From Octopus sinensis (Eukaryota): a DNA stretch of 64,000 nt. Numbering within the stretch: the stretch's first letter is position 1; every line of letters begins with the position of its first letter. The translations under genes were made by a program, and so were the position numbers. The stretch is taken from the NCBI RefSeq assembly GCF_006345805.1, contig NC_043003.1, positions 124,001 to 188,000 of the forward strand, given 5' to 3'. The notes under the pieces were generated by a model that saw nothing but the letters and a program-made list of their open reading frames with translations, was not told the DNA's origin and did no database searches. Below are positions 36,765 to 50,481 of the stretch, piece after piece.

Positions 36765-37136
36765 TGTGTGTCTGTATTTGTCTCCCCACCATCACTGGAC
36801 AACCGATGTTGGTGTGTTTACGTTCCCGTAACAAACCATGGGAAGAGAAAGCTTATAGGAGTTATTACGCAACATTTTTATCTTTATTAACGGAAGATCT
36901 GGCTCAGGGCGTACCTCAGGTGTATTTAGTCATAAGGTGTCTGTCGGAAACAACGTGGCAGCTATCATCGTCACTAGAATGCTGAAAGCAGAAGTTGGCT
37001 TCTGTTCGAATTTCTAAGCACGAAATCTAAAATTGTCAGCTGTGTTGCCTTAGTTTTGTTTTCTTAAAAGTGGCGTATTTCTGTATTTATATCCGTTGGT
37101 GTAGGTGTAGCCGCCTGTGTGCGACTGTTCACTAGC

Positions 37137-37190
<54 letters not shown>

Positions 37191-37657
37191 TATTATTATT
37201 ATTATCGTTTCATGCCCGTTGGTTGGCTGCTATTTTTGTGCCATAGGCATATCTTGATTTTGTGGTGATGTTTATTTTCGTTGAATCTCTAGGTTAGAAA
37301 CACATTTGACTGTTTGTATTCTCTTTTGTTGTTTTTCTTTGTATTTTCATTGATTTTGTTTTTATAGGGAAATTCGCTTATTTTATTTAGTGGGGTCTTT
37401 CTGTCGATCAAGGTGACCGTGTATCTGCACCGGAATACGCAGGCCTGGATAAGGATCATTGTATGTGACTGGCAGTTGTCCATGCATGAATATCTCTTCT
37501 CTCCTAACCACCGATGTTGTCCAATGGAAAGGCTGGTGCCTCAAGACCGATAGAGTCTGGCGCCATTGTTACCGTAGACACAGTTGAATGAACGCAAAGG
37601 GACGGATCAGACACAGCAAGTTATCTACGCGCTAACAGTTCTTTAGCGAGGTGGTAA

Positions 37658-38293
37658 ATGGCGCAAGTGGCTGAAGCTCTGGTAATATTTAGATATAGAA
37701 ACAAAGAATGGAATAGAATACAAAGAACTTGTGACAAAGCAAACAAGGCGAACACGTGGTATAAAACCGACAAATATCAAGGAGTGATGTTTGTAGAGGC
37801 CACAGCCCATGGGGAGCTATCCCGTAGATTTAGAAAAGCTCTGAAGGAGAACAAACTAAACACTAAAATTGTTGAAAAACCAGGGAACTCTGTCAGATCA
37901 CAACTATGTAGGACGTACCCCTTTAAGAATACCATATGCACCAATGATAACTGCACGGTATGTAGGATTAGCCCTGGTATTAACTGTAGAAATCGAAATG
38001 TAGTTTACAGCATAAGATGCATAGAAGGTGCTTGTAAAGACATGAACATGACATACATAGGGGAGACATCTAGGAGCATTGTGGAATGACTAAATGAACA
38101 TTTGAGACAATATGACAACAAAAAACAGTCCCCCATGCTCTACCAACATGCCAAAGACCAACATGGATGCAACTTGAGTCAACTTGACATCCGCATCTTA
38201 TCCAAGCACCCAAAAGACCCAGCACTCAGACAAATACGGGAGTACGTCCTTATAAATGAAACCTCCCCAATACTAAATAGGAAATATACATAG
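37658..38293 (+). mobile_element. Penelope-like element (PLE) 3' ORF fragment with GIY-YIG endonuclease
   Basis: VMFVEAT...KIVEKPG...C-x4-C-x2-C...CRNRNVVYSIRC...YIGETSRSIVE*LNEH...HAKDQH...RQIREYVLI shows the zinc-binding linker plus GIY-YIG pattern of PLEs. One in-frame TGA. Confidence 0.85.
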
Positions 38294-39664
38294 TAAATAC
38301 CATACCTCCATACCCACAGTTTACACAGGTAGAGTAGAATAGTTAGTGGACTGTTAGGTAGATAAACGTATGTATGTGGGTGTGAGTGTGTGTGTGTATG
38401 CACTTTTTTTCCTGTATGTAAGCAAATAGAAATAAACAGATCAATATACATACGGATAGGTATATAAGCTATATGAACAGACACATGGAGACACGGATCC
38501 ACACATATAAAGATGCACATCCATACATACAAACATGGTACATAGTTGCATAACACACACACACACACAGACATGCACACACAAGGAGACAGAGGTGCAT
38601 ATATATACAAACACACGCTCACACACACACATACATAGAAAATACACAAACACGGACAGGCAAGCACATAAATATGCAGGATACATACATACAGATGCAC
38701 ACACATACATACATATATACATATGCATACACACACATATATACATACATACACATGCAAACTCACACATACATACATACGTACATGCATGCATGTATAG
38801 GCACACACACACACACACTGACCCACACACATGCACACAAACAAACAAAAGGGAACGCAGAGTAAATATGGGACAGAGTCAAGACTATTGAAAAGGTTGC
38901 AAGTTACAACGAAAATTTTAGGAAAATGAAAAAGTAAATGAGTGGAAACATTACCAGTGAGTGTGTTACATAAAAAGGCACAAAAAGAAAATGACTCCCC
39001 AGACACAACAGAATATGCTTCAACACACGAACTCATATAAAGAATCTTGCAAACCAAATCCAAAAACGAAATAAATAAGTAAAAACAGTAAAAAACAGAA
39101 CAATGAGAACAAAGCAATAAAAACAAACGAAGAGGGTTGTTAAGCGAAGACGATGAAAAAATGATTCTGAACGTTTAAGGAGACGAGCTTATGAAAGAGA
39201 TAGGATAAGCTGGTCTGGTCTTTGTGAAGATAGCAGTCGGAAAGATGGCTTCCCTCTGATCACGTGTCAACGACGAGAGAGTCGAGGAGGAGTAAGAGAG
39301 AGGCAACGGTGAAGGGGAGAGGAGAAGAATAGGGAAGGGTGAGAGAGAAAACCAGAAAGGATGAAGAACAAGAGAGAGAGAGAGAGAGATAGACAGAGAA
39401 GAAATAGTAAAGAAGAAGAGTGTGCGCCATCTTTCCGACGGCTATCTTCACAAAGACATATATGGTTTTTTTCTTTCCTTTACCCCACCTCTTTCTATAG
39501 GTTACCTTTAACGTTATATCCTCTATTTATGACATATTTCATATCAGTTATGTTCGTATGACTAAAATATTATCGTTATTAAACTTCTATTAATAAACAC
39601 ATTTTCTAAGTACATATCCACCATTTTCTGTTAAAATGTCTTATTGATGAGTTTCATTTCTTCA

Positions 39665-39751
39665 TTTCCCTGAAGTGAAGCTTACATTGTTTTACACCAT
39701 TTTATTCCTTTGGAATAATACCAGTGATATCTTCGAAACATGTGTCGGAAG
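39665..39751 (+). ncRNA. Degenerate type I hammerhead ribozyme candidate
   Basis: UUUCC-CUGAAGU-GAAG...CUUC-GAAA-CAUGUGUC/GGAAG. Stems pair, but the core has U instead of A9. Confidence 0.4.
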
Positions 39752-39964
39752 TAAAATAATTTGAATAACACCTACGTTTAACTCCATTTGTATCTTATTA
39801 CTCATTGATGTACATTGTTTTGTTCTATATTATTATGTTTGACCTTAATGTTCATATGTAGTGGTTTAATAAATTATGTGATTGGGTATTATCTGGTAGT
39901 TGATTATTGATTAAGGTGTATTTCTCCATTTTCTTATTTTGTATATATATATATATATATATAT

Positions 39965-40547
39965 ATTGATAAAAGTGGTAAGACTACAAAAGAATGAAAG
40001 AGACCTCGATATTATGTAAATAGAGGAATTTATCTGTTAATGTAATATGTGACAATTATTTGGTAGCCATGATAAAACTCCGAGTTTCGGATGCCGAGGT
40101 GGAAATCCACGCCGCCATCTCTTCAGTTATCCGGCCGTTGGAAAAATATTATCCTTCCATGTTATAAAAGAAAGCTTTCCATCTCATGCGCTTAATCAGG
40201 TCTGTAATTTTCTCCAAAAGTTTTTTAGAGTATAGTTCCCTTGGTGGTATAGGTATGTTTTTCATAGAATAATCGATGCAGTAGGCGTCCATATTGAATT
40301 CTTCTGCGGGACAGAGTCCTCAACCGATGTCTGGCGATTTTCCAAAATAAGCTGTATTAGATAGTATTTTTCCGACGGTCGGATAACAGAAGAGATGGAG
40401 GTGTGGATTTCCACCTCGGCATCCGAAACTCGGAGTTTCATCTTGGCTACCGAATAATTGTCACATATTACATTTACAGATAAATTCCTCTATTTACATA
40501 ATATCGAGGTCTCTTCATTCCTTTGTAGTCTTACCATTTTTATCAAT
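39965..40547 (-). mobile_element. Fold-back PLE-derived element: inverted pLTR, ORF start, hammerhead-bearing pLTR
   Basis: Arms 39965-40148 and 40365-40547 are inverted copies. The centre encodes MDAYCIDYSMKNIPIPPRELYSKKLLEKITDLIKRMRWKAFFYNMEG* (40292-40149). Flanked by (TA)n. Confidence 0.8.
40071..40131 (-). ncRNA. Type I hammerhead ribozyme
   Basis: GAUAA-CUGAAGA-GAUG[GUGGA/UCCAC hairpin]CAUC-C-GAAA-CUC-G-GAG-UU/UUAUC. Stem I is a perfect 5 bp and stem III is quasi-palindromic. Confidence 0.72.
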
Positions 40548-40555
40548 ATATATAT

Positions 40556-40699
<144 letters not shown>

Positions 40700-41218
40700 G
40701 TATATACGTACATAGAAATATATGTATACACACACACATATATATATATATATATACACATACATGCATACATTAATGTATACACATTAATATTCTGCCG
40801 AGGTTGAGGTTAATGTTATCGACTTCTCCTATACTCCAGAACTGCTGACCTCATGCCAAATCTTGAAATCAATCTACACACATGAATATATACATATATA
40901 CACTAATATATGCGCACCAAGATGTATCCATGATTTTTGGTAATTTAAAACAAAAACGGAGACTGACCCTTTTGTAAAAGCCTGTAGTTGACGAAGTGGC
41001 AAACAAAGAAACGGACGCGTCTTACGATCCAACGATGTCGCTAACAGCCCGAAACCGATGCTGTTCTTTTTATACGAGTGAATTTGGCGAGTTTTCTCTG
41101 CGGACAATTCCTAGAGCAAAAGATCTTATTGCATTCGAACGCATTAAACATGACTTTACACAAATGTATTTTATTGAATGCAGTTTCGTGCAACGTTATC
41201 TGCCTGTCTGTCTGTCTG

Positions 41219-41581
41219 TGTGAACGACGGAGCCAGCTTGAGCATACTCCTATGGACCCCCCCCCCAAAAAAAAAACGAACGGAAAAAAGAGAGCCACTT
41301 ACTGTAATGTATTTTCTTTTTGCATGACCCTATTGCCCAAGGTTCCCGTGGTCTTTTCCGTAGGCTTTTCTATCCACGGATAAACCTAATCTGTTTTCCC
41401 TTTTTACATTGACATTTCTGTGATACACGATCAATCCCACCCTTTTTTTTCACGACCCCTTTTCATCGGAATTCGACCCACTTTCTTTTTCTTTTTTTTT
41501 CCTTCTCTTCTTCCCAAAAAGAAGAGCTCTACTTTGTATTTTGTCCCTTCTGTGTTCAGCCCTGCATGGCCAATAAAGAAC
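41219..41581 (+). mobile_element. Second Tx1-family 3'-end copy inside (TCTG/TCTA)n
   Basis: Collinear with 29912-30283 (GAACGACGGAGCCAGCTTG..., TTGACATTTCTGTGATA, AATAAAGAA), followed by (CTAT)n. Confidence 0.8.
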
Positions 41582-41672
<91 letters not shown>

Positions 41673-41680
41673 CTCTCTCC

Positions 41681-41759
<79 letters not shown>

Positions 41760-41762
<3 letters not shown>

Positions 41763-42000
41763 TACTTGCTTCACTCATTAGATTGCGGCCATGTGGGGCA
41801 CCGTCTTGAAGAATTTTCAGTCGAATAAATCGATCTTAGCACTTCTTTTTAAGGTTGGTACTTAATCTAGCCGTCTCTTTTGTCGAACCAATAAGTTACG
41901 GGGACGTAAGCATACCAACACCGGTTTGTCAAGCGGTGGCGGGGGACGAACACTGACACACACACAAACCCCACCCCACCCCACCCACCACACACACACA

Positions 42001-42052
<52 letters not shown>

Positions 42053-42220
42053 TACACATACGCACGACAGGTTTCTTTCAGTTTTCCTCTACCAAATCCA
42101 CTCACAAGACATCGGTCCGCCCGAGGTTATAGTAGAAGACACTTACCCAAGGTGCTGCGCAATGGGACTGAACCCAGAACCATGTGGTTTGGAAGCAAGT
42201 TTCTTACCACACGGCCACAT
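41760..42220 (-). mobile_element. SINE family A copy
   Basis: Family motifs present. Confidence 0.7.
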
Positions 42221-42479
42221 AGAGAGATAGATAGATATATACGGGGTTTTGTGTTTAACTGATGTTAGTTTGTTTACGTTCTCGTTAGCACTGGTGGTCG
42301 ATTTAGTTCGACTCCACCCTTCGAGGCGTAACCGTAGCATGGTCACAGTCTAATGACAGACAAGTAAAAGATAAAGGATAAAACAAGAAAAAGAAAGAGA
42401 CCCCGATGGGATGGTCATAGTTAGAATTCCTTTGACTTTGATCGCCCGAACTGCTCGATCAGGGTTAACCGGGAATAAA

Positions 42480-42870
42480 CAGAACAACAACAACAACAAC
42501 GACAAATTGTGCCCCATGGCCTGACAGGACGAGCACACCGCTTCACAGAGAGTACGAAACCCTCGCAATGACGACACAATAACAAGGTCAGCCTCGACAC
42601 CACCACCCTCATCCCCGCCATCTCCAATGTCAACACCACCACTACCACCACCAGCACCACAATCACAACCAACACCAACAACACCACCATCATTATCACC
42701 AGAACCACCACCACTACCATCACCAACGCCAGTACTATCACTACTACCGCCGCATCCACCATCACCACCACATCTATAACCAATACCACCTTCAACACCC
42801 CCGCCACCACAACCACCATTTGCAGCAGTAGCAGCACCCCCACCGCCGCCGCCGCCGCCACCACCGATCC
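42480..42870. repeat. Degenerate (CAC/CAA)n low-complexity tract
   Basis: Directly visible. It explains the poly-Val and poly-Thr ORFs. Confidence 0.8.
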
Positions 42871-44019
42871 ACTACACTTTTGGACTCTTACAGATACATG
42901 GCTTCATTTAACGTCCTACGCCTGTATTTTCTCAATTTCTGATTTCTAATTATGAGATCCAAAATATCTAAACTTATAAATAAAAGCAAAAGCAAAAACA
43001 AAAATAAAAAATAAAATTATTGTTCATTTATCGTCTGCGTTCCACAGCTGACGTAAAAACCAAGACTCCAGATTTCAGTGTAAACATATCTTTCTATGAG
43101 GAGAGATACTGAGAGATAAAGCAGCTCTTTGCTTTTATTTTGCTCTTTCTGCATACATACATAGCTTCATATATTTATATATATCGAGCAGCAGTGATGT
43201 TGATGGTGAAATACGAAGCTCATGGCAGATGTGCTTTATCAGAGGATGATGAAGCAAACTGAAAGAACAGGATGAGAATATGCTCGTAGAAAATGGCGGA
43301 AATATTTCATTTCTGATTTTTAATCAAGATTGGTGGCTAGCATCCTTTGCTTACCATCATTTTCTGGATGAGTGGGTTGATATTTTTACTTTTTATGGTG
43401 TTGATATTTTGTAATAAACAAAGGCAGTGACCTGGCAGATTTGTGAGCACGACGAGCTAAGCGCTTAGCGACATTTACGTCAGTTTTATACGTTCTAAGT
43501 TCAAATTGCGCCGAGGTCGACTTTGCCTTCATCCTTTCGGGATCGATAAAATAAGTACCAGTCAAGTACTGGAGTTGATGTAATCAGCTATTCCCCTACC
43601 CCCAAATTTCAGGCCTTGTGTCCGGAATAGATAGAATCGTTAGCAAGACGGTCAAAATACTTTTAGCAGCATCTCTTCTATTTATTTACGCTCTGAGTTG
43701 AAAGTTCGTCGAGGTCGACTTTGCCTTTCATCTTTTCGAGATCGATAAAATGCGTACAAGTTACGCATTGTAATCGACTCAGCCTTCCCTTAAAATTGCT
43801 ATTTTGTGCCAAAATCTGAAACCAGTGTTTTACAACAAACAAAACAAAACAAAAAGTAATTAAAAAAATTTTCTCGATCCTTCGGACACACAAGGCCGGT
43901 GTCCATGCCATATAAGTAACCAAGATCACAAACCTCCACCTGAGCGGGACACCGGTCTGTGGCCGGGTACAAGTAAAAGATGAAAAGTAAAACCCAGAAA
44001 AAGACACTTGTTTCTGGGT

Positions 44020-44845
<826 letters not shown>

Positions 44846-45195
44846 TGTATGATTGCGTATACGTACATTTACATGCCAGCGTGTATAGAAATCTGTATGT
44901 TTTGACATAAGAATGCATATACAGTACACAATACATATGTTTGTATGTCTATACACGTGTTATATACACGTTCTGGAGGTTAAACTTCTGTAATATTATA
45001 CAAATTTTTACAGTTTCATTAAAGACTTCGTAATTACAGTTTTCTAACTTGTATCCATTTTGGTAATGTAAAGATCAGCAGCAGCAGTTCCAGATTGGGG
45101 CGGAGGCAGTTTAATTAGATAATCAGGTGCCCACTAATCACGCCCTACATGTGTGCGTGTGTGTATTTGAGGTGTATATTCACGCCTACACGCAT

Positions 45196-45247
<52 letters not shown>

Positions 45248-45304
45248 TGTAGGCGTGAATATAGACCTCAAATACACACATGTATGTATATACGTACATA
45301 TTCG

Positions 45305-45337
<33 letters not shown>

Positions 45338-45829
45338 CATACACACACATACATATGCATACACGCCTACATGCACGAGCACACGCATGCACGCATGCGT
45401 AACCCCTTCACATGAACACAAGCCCATTAGACAGATACATAAAGAGAAAGTGAGAGAGAGAGGAGAGAGAGAGGAGAGAGAGAGGAGAGACAGATAGAGA
45501 GAGCGCGTGTGTGCGTATGTGTTGCTCTTTAGATTTGAAAATAGCATTAGGTTAGTTATTTATGTCAGGTGAGATTACAGTTCTGTCGAAATAGAGCAAA
45601 CGCTGATGACGATGATGGAGCAGCGTTCCTAATCTACCACTCGCATCATTGCCACCTCGCCCGACATCCCAACACTCCACTCTCCTACCCACCCGTTCAC
45701 CGACTTACCCAGCTCTTTCACACACCCCTTTATATACACATTCACCCCTCTCTCTCTCTCTATCACACACACTTAAAATCTGTCTATCTCCTACCCATAT
45801 GTGTACCTGTATGCCTCTTCAGCCATCGG

Positions 45830-47940
45830 CGGACCTACCAACCTACCAACCTACCAACATACTCACCTACCTACCTACCATACCACCTACCTACCCACCT
45901 ACCAACCTACCAACCTACCTACCTACCAACCTACCCACCTACCTACCTACCCACCTACCTACTAACCTACCTACCTACCTACCTACCTACATACCTACCA
46001 ACCTGCCTACCTACCTACCTACCTACCTACCTACCTACCTACCTACCTACCTACCCACCTACCTACCTACCCACCTACCTACCCACCTACCTACTAACCT
46101 ACCTACCTACGTACCAACCCACCTACCTACCTACCAACCTACCTACCTACCCACCTACCTACCTACCAACCTACCTACCTACACATCTACCTACCTACCA
46201 ACCTACCAACCTACCAACCTACCTACCCACTCCTACCCACCTACCTACCCTCCTACCTACCTACCTACCCACCCACCTACATACCTACCTACCTACCTAC
46301 CTACCCACCTACCTACCTACCTACCTACCCTCCTACCTACCTACCCACCAACATACCTACCTACCTACCTACCTACCTACCTACCTACCTACCCACCCAC
46401 CTACCTACCTACCTACCTACCTACTTACCCCCACCTACCACCTACCTACCCCACCTACCTACCTACCAACCTACCTACCTACCCACCTATCTACCTACCC
46501 ACCTACCTACCTACCTACCTACCTACCTACCCACCCACCTACCAACCTACCTACCTACCTACCTACCAACCTACCCACCTACCTACCCACCTACCTACCT
46601 ACCTACCTACCTACCTACCTACTACCTACCTACCACCTACCTACCCACCACCTACCTACCTACCTACCTACCTACCGCCACCTACCTACCTACCTACCTA
46701 CCTACCTACCTACCCACCTACCTACCTACCTACCTACCCACCTACCTACCTACCCCTACTAACTAACCACCCACCCACCACCTACCTACCTACCTACCTA
46801 CTACCCACGTACCTACCTACCCACCACAACCCACCTCCCTACCCACCTACCCACCACCTACCTACCTACCCACCTACCCCCCTACCCCCCTACCTACCTA
46901 CCTACCTACCCACCTACCTACCTACCTACCTACCTACCTACCCACCTACCTACCTACCTACCTACCCACCCACCTACCTACTTACCTACCTACCTACCCA
47001 CCCACCTACCTACCTACCAAACTACCTACCTACCCACCCACCTACCTACCTACCCACCTACCTACCTACCTACCTACCCACCCACCCCTCTACTTACCTA
47101 CCTACCTACCCACCCACCTACCTACCTACCAAACTACCTACCTACCACCCCACCCCACCTACCTACCTACCTACCTACCGACCTACCTACCTAGCTACCC
47201 ACCCACCCACCTACCTACCCACCTACCTAACTACCTACCTACCAACCTACATACCCTCCCACCCACCTACCTACCTACCTACCTACCTACCTACCAACCT
47301 ACCTACCCTCCCACCCACCTACCTACCTACCAACCTACCTACCTACCCACCCACCTACCTACCTACCAACCTACCTACCAACCCACCCACCCACCTACCT
47401 ACCTACTAACCTACCTACCCACCTACCTACCAATCTACCAACCTACCAACCCACCTACCTACCTACCAACCTACCCACCCACCTACCCACCTACCCTCCT
47501 ACCTACTAACCTACCTACCTACCTACCAACCTACCTACCTACCTACCTACCTACCTACCCACCTACCTACCCAACTACCTACCCACCTACCCACCTTCTA
47601 CCTACCCACCTACCTACCTACCATCTACCTACCTACCTACTACCCACCTACCTACCTACCTACCTACCTACCACCTACCCACCTACCTACCTACCTACCT
47701 ACCTACCACCTACCTACCACCTACCTACCCACCTACCTACCTACTTACCTACCTACCTCCCAACCTACCCTACCCTACCCACCTACCTACCTACCTCCTA
47801 CCTACCTACCTACACCTGTACCTACCACACCACCTACCTACCCACCTACCTACCCACCTACCTACCCCTACTTACCTACTACCTCCACACCTACCTACAT
47901 ACCCACCTACCTACCTACCTACCTACCTACTTACCTATGT
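45830..47940. repeat. About 2.1-kb degenerate (CCTA)n / (CCCA)n satellite
   Basis: Directly visible. It produces the spurious PTYL-repeat ORFs. Confidence 0.95.
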
Positions 47941-47989
47941 ATGTATCTATCTATCTGCATATGTATATATGCATTCTTGTATTATTTTC

Positions 47990-48350
47990 CTTGTTTCATT
48001 CATTTGACAGCGGCCATGCCTGAGCACCGTCTTTAGTCGAACAAATCGACCTCTGGACTTATTCTTTGTAAGACTAGTACTTATTTTATCGGAACCTTTT
48101 ACCCAACCGCTAAGTTACGGGGACGTAAACACACCAATATCGGTTGTCAAGCGATGATGGGGGGTGACAGACGCACAAACTTACGCGCACACACACACAC
48201 ATATATACGACGAGTTTCTTTCAGTTTCTATCTACCAAATCCACTCACAAGGCTTTGGTCCGCCTGAGTAGAAGACACTTGCCCAAGGTGCCACGCAGTG
48301 GGACTAAACCCGGAACCATGTGGTTGGTAAGCAAGCTACTTACCACACAA
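47990..48350 (-). mobile_element. SINE family A copy
   Basis: Family motifs present. Confidence 0.72.
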
Positions 48351-48439
48351 CCACATCATATATAATATATAATATATATATATATGTAACATATATAATA
48401 TTAATATAAATATAAATATATACATACACACGTATATAT

Positions 48440-48498
<59 letters not shown>

Positions 48499-48534
48499 TG
48501 CTTGTGTGTGTGTGTGCTTGTGTGTCTGTGTATG

Positions 48535-48790
48535 CGCTGTTCCAAAGGTCCCACCCATACCATATAGAGTGAGGACCAGACACTGCAATAGCTTGGAATT
48601 CAAAGACCCCCCCCCCCACAGCTATTTAACATCTTTCCGAACAAATTTGAGAGATCTTCATGAAGCGGGGGTAAATATTTGCCAGAAACAACTTGACGTC
48701 CTGCTGTCCAAGATTCTAGTTGAACCTACATCACGGCAAATAACTCAAAGGAGGGCAGCAATATCGAATTTCCACCTTCACCCCACCACA
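48535..48790 (+). mobile_element. Old CR1-group 3' fragment
   Basis: PKVPPIPYRVRTRHCNSLEFK...LRDLHEAGVNICQKQLDVLLSKILVEPTSRQ is homologous to the C-terminus of the 23.2-26.3 kb LINE. Confidence 0.7.
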
Positions 48791-48908
48791 AATAATTTCA
48801 AACTAATGGCCAATGAGAAAATGACAATATTATTGTCGGTGCTCCACTATGGTCAAAAACCCTTTGGCTGAAACGCATAAAATAAATAAAAGAAAAAAAC
48901 CTCACCCC

Positions 48909-48944
<36 letters not shown>

Positions 48945-48956
48945 CGCTCTCCTCTC

Positions 48957-49035
<79 letters not shown>

Positions 49036-49659
49036 TATATTATATATATATATATACACATCACTAGAGGAGTCCAGTGTAATCGATGGGCAGAAGAGGT
49101 GCACTGAAGTGTAACGAGAGTAGAAAGTCCAGGTAGGGAATCGGTGATGAGAGGAGACGTAGATACAAATGCGAGTGTACGTGGTTACGCATGTGTGTTT
49201 AGCCCCGAAACGCTCTGAAACGGTGTGCAATTGAGAAAAACGAAAGATTTTCGAAATATGTACTCACTTTTTTGTACTTTCTGCTTTTTCCTTTTGTCCT
49301 TTCTTCCTACTCTGGTTGTTCTTACTCTGTTTTCTCTAATCCGCACCTGTTATCTTGCCTCTCTCTCCCTCCCTTCCTTTTCCCCATTCATCTTCTTTTC
49401 TCCCCTTCTGCGGTCCGTGCGTATCACTTAGGCTTACGAGAAAGGGATGACCTCCCTTTGCAATTACCATAAGGGCACAGATAGTGTAACTAAAGCCAGC
49501 AGGAGACTATGATCTCCTGGGGCTAAAAGCTACAGTAACACCCACCCTTTGTGGTTAGCCATATTAAGATGGCTATTATACTTTACATTGTCGAGCGATT
49601 ACTGTTTACATCTCGTTCAGAGATTTATTATTGCTATATATATATATATATATAAATAT

Positions 49660-49865
49660 GTTTCAAAATGTGACCGCGTGTGTACCGTTGTCGATTCTTT
49701 TTCCCTCCGTCTTCCCTTCTTTGGATCTTTCCTTTTCCTATGTTTCTGACGAAGAGCTCCGCTCGAAACGTTAAACCGTCCTTCTTTCCTGAGCGTCCAA
49801 TAATACTATACTTGTTCCACGTCCTCGCGTTGTTGTGTTTTCTCTTTGTGTTTTCATGTTTGGAT

Positions 49866-49870
<5 letters not shown>
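49660..49870 (+). mobile_element. About 210-bp hammerhead-bearing element, family H1, copy 1, in (TA)n
   Basis: The same element occurs at 60054-60262 (+) and 63379-63574 (-). All three end ...TTTTCATGTTTGGATTAAC(TA)n. Confidence 0.8.
49742..49776 (+). ncRNA. Minimal type I hammerhead ribozyme
   Basis: GUUU-CUGACGA-A-GAGC-UCC-GCUC-GAAA-CGUU/AAAC with a palindromic ACGU stem III (dimer type). Predicted cut after 49772. Confidence 0.7.
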
Positions 49871-49933
<63 letters not shown>

Positions 49934-50232
49934 ATATATATATATATATATAGATAGATATATATACATACATATAGATATATATACTACATATAGTATT
50001 ATATATATATATATATAATTATATATATATATATATATATATAATATCTATATATATAATATAATATATATTATATACATACATATGTATATATATATAT
50101 ACATACATACATAGGCGCAGGAGTGGACTGTGTGGTAAGTAGCTTGCTTACCAACCACATGGTTCCGGGTTCGTCCCACTGCGTGGCATCTTGGGCAAGT
50201 GTCTTCTGCTATATATACATATATATACATAC

Positions 50233-50265
<33 letters not shown>

Positions 50266-50481
50266 ATATATATATATATTATAATATTATAATATATATA
50301 TATATATATACAACATACATATACATACATATGTATACATACATATATATATACAACATACGCATACATACATATCTATATATAATATATATATACATAC
50401 ATATATATGCATATATATACATACATATACTACATACATATATATACATACATATTTTTTTATTTTTTTATTTATGTTATT

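Noticed and set aside
38084-38092. In-frame TGA in the PLE GIY-YIG region as possible selenocysteine
   Set aside because: The position corresponds to the conserved Arg of the 'ER' motif rather than a Cys, so CGA-to-TGA decay is simpler. I could not identify a SECIS.
45569-47409. 397-aa and 586-aa ORFs rich in PTYL repeats
   Set aside because: They are translations of the (CCTA)n satellite, with no evidence of coding.
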